A DNA stretch of 64,000 bases from an uncultured Pseudomonadota bacterium. GTDB taxonomy: Bacteria; Pseudomonadota; Gammaproteobacteria; Steroidobacterales; Steroidobacteraceae. The DNA lies in contig CAISHQ010000032.1 in the NCBI GenBank assembly GCA_903885195.1, positions 11,192 through 75,191 on the forward strand, written 5' to 3'. This document shows, in pieces, positions 56,838 to 64,000 of the stretch (the stretch's first letter is position 1; the number at the start of each line of letters is the position of its first letter). The position numbers and the translations under genes are program-made. The notes beneath the pieces are model-generated. The model was not told the origin of the DNA, made no database searches, and saw nothing but the letters and a program-made list of their open reading frames with translations.

Positions 56838-58835
56838 CTATTCGACGACGAATGTGCCGCCGGTGCGGATTTGCCATTCGATTTGCTCCAGCAGCTCCGA
56901 CCAACGCACGCGGCCGGTGTTGCCAATGATATCCACGCGCGGTACGCCCGCGCCCTCGAGCAGATAGTACCGGTTCGGCGAGATGGGCGCGCCGGAGAGG
57001 CTGCAGATGTCATCCTCGAGCACGCAGCGCAGCGCAAGCCGCTTGTAGCGGTAGTTGGAAAAAAAGCGCAGCACGCCGGTGCGCATGGCTGCCGCGACGC
57101 CTGTGCCGGCGGTACCGCCTACGTTGGAGATGCTGTTGATGGCATCCACGCTGATCTGCCGATCGCTGCGATCATTTGCCGGCGTGCCGAGGTACATGTC
57201 GAAGGCGACGGGCGACCAGTCGAACAGCTCCAGGTTGGTGAGCCCTCCTTCGAGACGGCCGGTAATCGTGCCTACCTCGAAAGTGCGAGTCAGTGCTTCG
57301 AGATCCAGATTCTCGACGCGAATGTCGGCTTCGAGGCGGGGCCATCGACCGAGCGGGTCGCTCAGCGTGATGTTGCTGCCGCGTACGACGCCGTCAAAGA
57401 TTTCCGCTTCGATGTCACCGGCCACCGTGATCTTGTTATCCCGGTAAAGAACGCCCGGAATACGGCCGGTGACGACGCCGCCGAAAGCGGGCCAGCCAAA
57501 GGCCTTGGTGAGCTCTTCCATGCTGATGGGTTCGAGTTCGCCGGTGAACTCGATCTGCATCGACTCCTGACCAGGATCCACGATGCGAAGTTGCTGGATG
57601 TTGAGTGCGCCGTCGAAGATCGGCATTCGCGCGGGCTCGAGGAGCGCAGCCGTCGCCCCGCGCAAACTGAGACGCATCGAGCTGCCGCTGCCGCCGATAT
57701 CGTAGGCGCCGCCGGATTCCCAGGCGATGTACGACGGTGCCGCCGGATCGTCGCCCTCGGCCGTCCAGTACAGCTCTCCCTTCAATCCATCCAGATGAAA
57801 CATGCCCTTGCTGTCGCGCAAGCGCAGATCCGCCAGTCGCAGTTCACCCGCTTGCGGCACGTTATCGATGATGCGCAACTGACCCGATACGCTGCCCGCC
57901 GTCTCGAGCGAGTCGAGTGCAGTGCCTGCGAGTGCGGTCTGCAGATAGCTCGTGTACACGTCAGGGAAGCGCAGTTCGTGCAAGGTGAGATTGGCGCGCC
58001 TGACTTTCACGGAGTTCGGATCGAGCGGCGTGTCGATGAATGTGGCACCGAGCGCGAGGTTTGCGGCGAGGCTCGTCCGTAGGAGCCCTTGTTGCACGAG
58101 GCTCAATTCTTCGATGTCGATCGAGTCGCCATCGAAGCTGCCTTTAAGATCCATCGATGTCGGGTACTTGCCGAGCCGCAGATAGGTGTTGCCGAAGAGT
58201 GCTTCGCCCGCAGCGCTGCGCAGATTGCCCTGCAGTGAGTATGCCGTGCCCTCGAGCGCATCGGCCCGCAGATGCAAACGCACATCGATGCCTTCGCCGG
58301 CGAAGGATCCCTCGCCGTTGGCAAAGCCGACACCCTTCCCGACGAATTCCGCATAGGCCTCGGTGGGCAGTTCACGCCCGGGGCGACCGACGAAACGCAC
58401 AAGGCCATCGAGACGCCCCGCAGCGGTGATGTCGGGCGGGATGTTGATGTATCGACGCGTGAAGGTGAGCAGCCCATCGCTCTCGATACGCTCTGCGCGT
58501 CCCTCGATGCGCCAGCGGCTCGGCGTGAACACCGCCTCGATGCCGAGTTCTCCGCCCGCGATAGCGAAGCGATCGCCGGTCAGGGTCGTCTCGCGAAGTT
58601 CGGGGCGTTCGCTGAGTGCGACATCGAAGGCCACCGGACCGATCAAGGTACTGCCGGCGGATACTCGACCGCGCGGCAGTCCGGTTTTAGGGTCCAGGAC
58701 GAGCTTCACTTCGACGTTCTCGAATCGAGTGCCCGCCGCCGTGATCTCGCGTGCCGCGAAGCGGATCGTGTCGATGGCCACTGCCGGCAGAGCCGTTGCA
58801 CAGAGCAACAACGATACGACGATGCGGCCGTTCAT
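56838..58835 (-). CDS. ydbH: YdbH-like (DctA-YdbH domain, AsmA-like clan) envelope-spanning protein
   Basis: Signal/anchor from ATG 58835, which makes an ATGA overlap with the protease stop. It is long and predicted beta-rich. The C-terminus has YKRLALRCVLEDDICSLSGA...YLLEGAGVPRVDIIGNTGRVRW, as in the YdbH family. It is followed by a ydbL-like gene, as in the E. coli ydbH-ynbE-ydbL operon. Confidence 0.7.
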   Translation of the reverse strand: MNGRIVVSLLLCATALPAVAIDTIRFAAREITAAGTRFENVEVKLVLDPKTGLPRGRVSAGSTLIGPVAFDVALSERPELRETTLTGDRFAIAGGELGIEAVFTPSRWRIEGRAERIESDGLLTFTRRYINIPPDITAAGRLDGLVRFVGRPGRELPTEAYAEFVGKGVGFANGEGSFAGEGIDVRLHLRADALEGTAYSLQGNLRSAAGEALFGNTYLRLGKYPTSMDLKGSFDGDSIDIEELSLVQQGLLRTSLAANLALGATFIDTPLDPNSVKVRRANLTLHELRFPDVYTSYLQTALAGTALDSLETAGSVSGQLRIIDNVPQAGELRLADLRLRDSKGMFHLDGLKGELYWTAEGDDPAAPSYIAWESGGAYDIGGSGSSMRLSLRGATAALLEPARMPIFDGALNIQQLRIVDPGQESMQIEFTGELEPISMEELTKAFGWPAFGGVVTGRIPGVLYRDNKITVAGDIEAEIFDGVVRGSNITLSDPLGRWPRLEADIRVENLDLEALTRTFEVGTITGRLEGGLTNLELFDWSPVAFDMYLGTPANDRSDRQISVDAINSISNVGGTAGTGVAAAMRTGVLRFFSNYRYKRLALRCVLEDDICSLSGAPISPNRYYLLEGAGVPRVDIIGNTGRVRWSELLEQIEWQIRTGGTFVVE

Positions 58836-60139
58836 CTCGGGTACCACCTCACCGAGTCGACCGGCAATTCGCGCAGGTGAAAAATGTCCTCCGCCGTCGA
58901 GTCGTCGGTGACAGCGCGCAGAATCAGTCGCAGCGCGCGATCCTCGCGCTGCGCGGCTACAGCCAGACGCTGCAGTTGCGACAAGGTCGTGATCTCGCGA
59001 CCGTCGATCGACACCACCTGAAACCCGTAGTTGATCTGGTGCAGATCGCCGCTGGAGCCGGGCTCAACCTGGTGCACGATCAGCACGCCGGCTTCGTCGG
59101 CTGAGGTGATCTCGGCGAGTTTGCGCGCAGCGAACACTACACCGCTGATGGCAAGACCGCGTCGACCGACGTGCTGCAGGCTGGGCACCAGCGCGGTATT
59201 CAGCACTTCCTCGCGACCGTTACGCAGCACGCGCAGCGGCACGTTGCCGCTGCGACCGCGCAAAGCCAGCAGGAATTCCGCAGCGCCCACGAACTCGCGC
59301 GGATCGCCGTCGATGCCGAGCACGCTGTCCCCTGCACGCAGGCCAAACCCATCGTCGCGCAGCGGGGTGCGGGCGACCGTGAGTGTCATCACGTCGTCCT
59401 CGTCGATAGCGAAATCGGTGACGAGTTTCGGAACCGTGGCCGATCGCCCTTCGCGCAGCAGCTCGAGCACCCGGCAGGCCTCGGTGATCATCACGGCAAA
59501 GTTCACGTTCTGCGCACGCTTGTCGCCGATCGACGCGGTATTGATGCCGACCACCTCGCCGGTCGCCAGATCGATCAGCGGCCCGCCGGAGTTGCCCGGG
59601 CTGATCGGTGTATCGGTCTGGATCATCGGATAGCCTTCCGAACGCGTGATGCCGGCCATGATTCCGCGCGTGGCGGTGAAGGCGTAGCCGAGCGGATGAC
59701 CGAACGCACCGAGGTCGGTGCCGACTGCGGGAACCTTGGCGCAGGCGAGACGCGCTTCAGTGGCCTCCTGCGGAACCGCGCCGGGTTCGAGCTCGATCAC
59801 GGCCAGATCGAGAAGGTTGTCGACGAACAGCGCGCGCGCACCGCTATTCGGCTGACCCTTGAAGCTCGCCTGCAAGGTGGTGTCGACGTAACCGGCGACG
59901 TGCGCATTGGTGAGCACCCAGCGGCGTGCCCGATCCACCAGGAACCCCGCGCCGCTCCAGGCGCCCGAATCGCGCTCTATGAACGAGAACTCTGTGGAGG
60001 CCTCGATCTTTACGGTGTAGCGGGTCGCTTCCGCAAAGCTGCGTTGGGCAGCCGAGTCCGCTGCGGCGGGTGACGCGCCGAGCAACAACCAAACGCCTGC
60101 GGTCGACGCGGCGAGCCACCGGGTGGGGGCGCAATGCAT
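58832..60139 (-). CDS. Secreted trypsin-like serine protease with a C-terminal PDZ domain (HtrA/DegP-like, S1C)
   Basis: Signal peptide. The catalytic triad contexts are VLTNAHVAG (His), DLAVIEL (Asp) and PGNSGGPL (Ser). The C-terminal region is PDZ-like. Confidence 0.85.
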   Translation of the reverse strand: MHCAPTRWLAASTAGVWLLLGASPAAADSAAQRSFAEATRYTVKIEASTEFSFIERDSGAWSGAGFLVDRARRWVLTNAHVAGYVDTTLQASFKGQPNSGARALFVDNLLDLAVIELEPGAVPQEATEARLACAKVPAVGTDLGAFGHPLGYAFTATRGIMAGITRSEGYPMIQTDTPISPGNSGGPLIDLATGEVVGINTASIGDKRAQNVNFAVMITEACRVLELLREGRSATVPKLVTDFAIDEDDVMTLTVARTPLRDDGFGLRAGDSVLGIDGDPREFVGAAEFLLALRGRSGNVPLRVLRNGREEVLNTALVPSLQHVGRRGLAISGVVFAARKLAEITSADEAGVLIVHQVEPGSSGDLHQINYGFQVVSIDGREITTLSQLQRLAVAAQREDRALRLILRAVTDDSTAEDIFHLRELPVDSVRWYPR

Positions 60140-60201
60140 GATGTAGTTATATCAACCGGCCGGGCCTTCCGCACATCGGCGTGTCCGGTTAGATTGTCTC
60201 G

Positions 60202-61392
60202 ATGGGGAGGGTGTACAGGTGGCTCTGGCTGACCGTGCTGGTACTGGGTGCGGCCGCCTTCGGGCAGGCTCAACCGGCAGCGGTGGATGGGGCTGCGGCC
60301 CGCGGCGAACGCCTGGTGCTGGCTCGTGACGACACCCTGCGTCAGGAACCCCTCGCGACAGCCCGTGCCGTGGCCAATTTACGCGCTGGGCACAACCTCA
60401 CGGGTTTCGAGCGTAAGGGGTTCTGGCGCCGAGTCGAGGGGTTGCGCGGGCAGGCGGGCTGGGTCCGCCTGTCGAGCCTGCGCTCGCCGTCGGCTCGACC
60501 GATGGAGACCGGTCTTGCAGCCCTATCCACCGGCCGCGAGGCCAGCGGCAACGTGGTGCTGACGAGCGGGACTCGCGGGGTCGCCAAGCGGCAGAAGCCG
60601 TTGACGGCCGAGGGGTTGCTCTCGGCCACGCCGAGCCAGACCGAGCTCGGCCGTTTGCTGCAGAGTCTTCCTGATCCGCAGGCTGCCGTAGACTTCGCCG
60701 CCGCCGGCCAGCTGCAGACGCGGGCGCTGCGCTACCTGAGCCCGTTGCCCGCCTCAGTGCCGGCGCAACTGTTGCCCGAGGAGCTTGCCGCAGGTCAGGA
60801 GATGGCTGCGCAACTGCTCGGAGCTGCCCGCCCGGTGCGTAACCTTGCTTTGCAGCAATACGTTTCGAAGGTTGGCAACATCGTCGCAGCTGGGGCCGAG
60901 CGGCGCGAGGTGCCGTGGCGGTTCGTGTTGCTCGATTCCACCTCCATCGCCAGCTTCGGCCTCCCCAACGGTCTCGTTGGTCTGACGCGAGGTTTGTTCG
61001 ATCTGCTCGACAGCGAGGACGATCTGGCGGCGGTGCTCGCGCGCGAGATCGCGCAGGTGCAGCGTCAGCATTGGCTGGGTCGCGGTGCCACGCCGTCGGT
61101 GGCGGGATTGACGCGCGGCGTGGGTGCTGCCGCGGTGCTCGAGGCAGACCATGATGGCCTCGTGCTGGCGGGTCGCGCCGGCTACGACACGTCTGCGTTG
61201 CTGACGGTCTTCGAGGATATCGATGAGGCCGTGCGCAAGGGTCGTGACGCGTCGCTGCTGCTGTCCATGACGCCACCGCTACCGGAGCGCCTCGCGGCGG
61301 TCGCCGCTCAGGTCACCCCGGAATTGGAGGGCGCCGCGCTGGCTTCGGCGGCGGCGCTGCGCATTCGTACATTCAAAGGTTCAAGTCCATGA
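60202..61392 (+). CDS. Secreted SH3b-domain protein fused to an M48-peptidase-like domain lacking the zinc-binding histidines (predicted pseudo-protease)
   Basis: Signal peptide. The SH3b-like segment is RQEPLATARAVANLRAGHNLTGFERKGFWRRVEG...GWVRLSSL. In the M48 core the canonical A-H-E-x-x-H-V reads A-R-E-I-A-Q-V (LAREIAQVQRQH). The downstream E-A-D-x-x-G motif (LEADHDG) is retained. Confidence 0.7.
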   Translation: MGRVYRWLWLTVLVLGAAAFGQAQPAAVDGAAARGERLVLARDDTLRQEPLATARAVANLRAGHNLTGFERKGFWRRVEGLRGQAGWVRLSSLRSPSARPMETGLAALSTGREASGNVVLTSGTRGVAKRQKPLTAEGLLSATPSQTELGRLLQSLPDPQAAVDFAAAGQLQTRALRYLSPLPASVPAQLLPEELAAGQEMAAQLLGAARPVRNLALQQYVSKVGNIVAAGAERREVPWRFVLLDSTSIASFGLPNGLVGLTRGLFDLLDSEDDLAAVLAREIAQVQRQHWLGRGATPSVAGLTRGVGAAAVLEADHDGLVLAGRAGYDTSALLTVFEDIDEAVRKGRDASLLLSMTPPLPERLAAVAAQVTPELEGAALASAAALRIRTFKGSSP

Positions 61393-63020
61393 AAACCGCG
61401 CTGTTGTCTCTACTGCAATGCTTCGGCAGCTGGTGCCGGCGTTGGGAGGCGCGTTTTTACTTGTTGCTGGCCGCAGCGATCGCCGTACTGCTGCTCGCCG
61501 ATTATTCCCTGCAGGGGATGATGGGGCGGGGGAGCGAGGTGATCTACGATCGTCTCGTCAAACTGCGCATCTCTAGCCCTGCACCGGACCCGCGCATTGT
61601 CATCATCGATATCGACGAGCGTTCCTTGCAGGAAGTGGGCCGTGACCAGGGTCGCTGGCCGTGGAGCAACAGCGTGGTCGCCGAGGCGCTGGCCACCATC
61701 GCCGAGGAAAAGCCGCAGGCTATCCTGCTCAATCAACTGGTATCGGAGCCCTCGAAGAGCGATCCGGAGGGCGATGCGAGCCTCAATGAAGTTGCGGGTG
61801 CCTATCCCAACATCGTCTTTCCATTCGTGCGTCTGCCGGCGGCCAACGACGACGTAAGCGAACTCGATGCGGCGAGATTGCCCGGCGCGCGCGCCACCTT
61901 ACCTGCACCTCCGGCGGATCCGGTCGCAGTCATATTGCCCCTCTTCGAAAACCTGCAGAAACGCATGGGGGCCGCTAATCTCTACGCTGAGCGCGACGGC
62001 ATCATCCGCCGCTACCAGTACTGGGTGCCGACTCAGTCGCATGTGCTCCCCTCGACTGCGGCGATGATCGTCCAGATTGCCGGCGGCGAGATCGATATCA
62101 GCGACGAGCCGCGCGCCAAGCTCAACTGGCGCAACAAGCGCGGCGACTATCAGCGCGTGTCCTTCGCCGACTTGTATGCCGCCTCACAAGGCCGCGGCAA
62201 TTTCGATTGGTCGATGTTCGCCGGCAAGATCGTGATCGTCGGTGCCACGGCGCCCGGGATTTCGGTGATCAAGCCGACGTCCGCCTCGGTCACCACCGAT
62301 GACAGCACCATCATCGCCACGGCGATTGACGATGCGCTGAACGGCACGGCACTGCGCCTGATGCCGTCCTGGGTGGCGCTGCTGCTTGCGCTCGGCATCC
62401 TCGTGGCGATGTCGCGCGCCTTCATGGCAGGCACGGATCAGTCGACCATCAACCGTGTTTTCGTCATCGGGCAACTGACGCTGGTCGTGATCACCTTCTT
62501 CAGCATCAGTTTTTCCAACTTCGTCATCGACATGACGCTGCCGTTCAACGTCGGACTCGTCTACTTCACGATCGCGAAAACGTATTTCAGCGCCCAGCAC
62601 GCCACGGAGCTCGGCGTCGAGTATTTCTGGGATGGTTCGCGCGTCGGCAAGGCGCAGCAGGCGGTGATCATCGCGCTGCACATCGATCGACCCGGCATGC
62701 GCAGTGTGGGCTTGCGTATCCGTCGACTGCTGGAGAAGGAAATCTCGCACGACGCCGTGCTGCACCTGACCGACTTTGTCGACGTGAAGACTTTCCTCGG
62801 CAAGGAGTTCGGCAACATCGAGTTGCTGGTGGCTTTCCTGCCTGACGGCACAGCGCCCGAAACCCTGCAGTCCATCGCGCAGGCGAGGCAGAACGGTCAC
62901 GAAGTGTTGCTGGTCGATATCGCGGGACTCAACGAGAACGACACTCGCGCCAAGCTGTGGCGCGAGGTCGTGCGCGTGGTGTTTCCGATGTACCTGACCG
63001 AGCCGGCACGCCAGGGTTGA
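61389..63020 (+). CDS. CHASE2 sensor-domain membrane protein with an unassigned cytoplasmic C-terminal domain of about 140 aa
   Basis: N-terminal TM, then CHASE2-type periplasmic region (RIVIIDIDERSLQEVGRDQGRWPWSNSVVAEAL...; IVIVGATAPG), then 3 TM. The C-terminal domain has no kinase, GGDEF, EAL or intact cyclase motifs. ATGA overlap with the upstream gene. Confidence 0.75.
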   Translation: MKTALLSLLQCFGSWCRRWEARFYLLLAAAIAVLLLADYSLQGMMGRGSEVIYDRLVKLRISSPAPDPRIVIIDIDERSLQEVGRDQGRWPWSNSVVAEALATIAEEKPQAILLNQLVSEPSKSDPEGDASLNEVAGAYPNIVFPFVRLPAANDDVSELDAARLPGARATLPAPPADPVAVILPLFENLQKRMGAANLYAERDGIIRRYQYWVPTQSHVLPSTAAMIVQIAGGEIDISDEPRAKLNWRNKRGDYQRVSFADLYAASQGRGNFDWSMFAGKIVIVGATAPGISVIKPTSASVTTDDSTIIATAIDDALNGTALRLMPSWVALLLALGILVAMSRAFMAGTDQSTINRVFVIGQLTLVVITFFSISFSNFVIDMTLPFNVGLVYFTIAKTYFSAQHATELGVEYFWDGSRVGKAQQAVIIALHIDRPGMRSVGLRIRRLLEKEISHDAVLHLTDFVDVKTFLGKEFGNIELLVAFLPDGTAPETLQSIAQARQNGHEVLLVDIAGLNENDTRAKLWREVVRVVFPMYLTEPARQG

Positions 63021-63046
63021 GACTCGGATTTGCCGGGGCGACTGCC

Positions 63047-63727
63047 TCAGCGTCCGCCCACCACCACGCGCGGCGCCCAGCGCTCACGCACGGCGACCAC
63101 TTTGCCGCTCTGGCGAATGCGCTCCCACTCCTCGCGCCGGCGCTGGTCCAGTCGGGCGGCCGGGGTGACGTTGCGCAGCAACACGTCGCCGAACTCCGGG
63201 ATGTCGCCGGCCACGAGACCATGCGGCAGTGCGAACTGTACGCTGCCGCGCTGTTTCCACAGCGGCCAGTGGTTTTTCGGTGCGCGTCGGTCGTAGCCGA
63301 CCTCACCGAGCAGTGCTTGCACGACCTCGAGCATCACGCCGATCAGGCTCGGCCCGTGGCCTGCGACGCTGCGCGTGTAACGCTCGAAGAACTGTGGCGT
63401 CGCGAGCAGCGGGAAAGCTTGCATGCTGGTGGCGACTTCGTCGCCTACCCGAATCATGGTCTCGCCAAACATCTGGTACAGGCCGTCGCGGTTGAGCTCG
63501 TAATACGCCCACATCGCGAGGCGACGTGATTCCTCGACCTTCATGACCTGACCCGGCCCCAGGGTCCGCAACAGCAGCTCGTGGGTCAGGCGAACGCGGC
63601 GGCGGAATCGCGCAGGTTTAGGAGCCGGCTTGACCTCGTCGAGTTGCTGGCGAACGAGGCGCTCGATGTCGCGGTGCAAACCGCGAACCTGACCGTGGCC
63701 TTGCGCTGACGGCGGCAACTCGAGCAT
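63047..63727 (-). CDS. Hypothetical protein (226 aa), no family recognised
   Basis: A long ORF with normal composition and codon bias for this genome, convergent with the CHASE2 gene. No motif assignment was possible by eye. Confidence 0.5.
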   Translation of the reverse strand: MLELPPSAQGHGQVRGLHRDIERLVRQQLDEVKPAPKPARFRRRVRLTHELLLRTLGPGQVMKVEESRRLAMWAYYELNRDGLYQMFGETMIRVGDEVATSMQAFPLLATPQFFERYTRSVAGHGPSLIGVMLEVVQALLGEVGYDRRAPKNHWPLWKQRGSVQFALPHGLVAGDIPEFGDVLLRNVTPAARLDQRRREEWERIRQSGKVVAVRERWAPRVVVGGR

Positions 63728-63875
63728 GACGACACCCTCCTTCCGGGGACCCTGAGGGGCAACATCGCCTCCTCAAGGCCTGTATCGGTCGGATGGGAGC
63801 CGATGTGATTCGGATCGGGTGACGGGTATCCGGTATTCGGTCGCAAAATTCGGTCGGGCTGGCCCCTAAAGGGGC

Positions 63876-64000
63876 TTAGCCCTGCTTTTGCAGCTTGGCG
63901 AGCTCGGCCAACACCATCTCCGAGTGTCCCTTGGGGTTCACGTTGTCGAAGCGGCGGGCGATCCGGCCCTGCGGGTCGATGATGAAGGTATCCCGCCGGG
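63876..64000 (-). CDS. Peroxiredoxin (Bcp/AhpC-TSA family), C-terminal fragment; the 5' end lies outside the window
   Basis: The minus-strand translation ...RRDTFIIDPQGRIARRFDNVNPKGHSEMVLAELAKLQKQG* matches the C-terminal pattern of Bcp-type thiol peroxidases. Confidence 0.65.
   Translation of the reverse strand, partial: RRDTFIIDPQGRIARRFDNVNPKGHSEMVLAELAKLQKQG

Overview
This is a high-GC (about 65%) proteobacterial chromosomal window. Gene content and order look gammaproteobacterial, Xanthomonadales/Nevskiales-like, but that taxon call is inference. I support about 58 densely packed protein-coding genes, many translationally coupled through ATGA/GTGA overlaps. I saw no rRNA, tRNA, CRISPR array, transposase, phage gene or compositional island, so this is core genome rather than an accessory region. 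Recognisable blocks from left to right: (1) a secreted phosphoesterase, TonB-dependent receptor and PhoD cluster; (2) yajQ and a TlpA-like redoxin; (3) a complete trpEGDCFBA operon preceded by a Trp-rich leader peptide and a classical attenuator; (4) a DAO/GcvT-type dehydrogenase; (5) ubiE-ubiJ-ubiB; (6) a GltD-like flavoprotein with korAB (2-oxoacid:ferredoxin oxidoreductase); (7) an unlisted 42-aa ribosomal protein THX ORF; (8) MFS, FabH-like and membrane protein genes; (9) a Tat-exported amine oxidase and a clear homologue of mammalian paraoxonase; (10) a four-gene catabolic operon; (11) a fasciclin gene divergent from a CarH/LitR-type B12 photoreceptor regulator, followed by a DUF1800/DUF1501 pair; (12) a six-gene coupled chain (dehydrogenase/CoA-binding fusion, dapF, DUF484, xerC, hslV, hslU); (13) glnK-amtB with a sigma54/NtrC control region; (14) ubiK and comM; (15) an envelope operon of HtrA-like protease, ydbH, ynbE/ydbL-like gene, AsmA-like gene and cytochrome c5. 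The best candidate for something undescribed is divergent from the protease: an SH3b plus catalytically dead M48-peptidase homologue, coupled to a CHASE2 sensor whose cytoplasmic domain matches no standard output domain. All functional calls come from reading the translated ORFs for family motifs. No database search was run.
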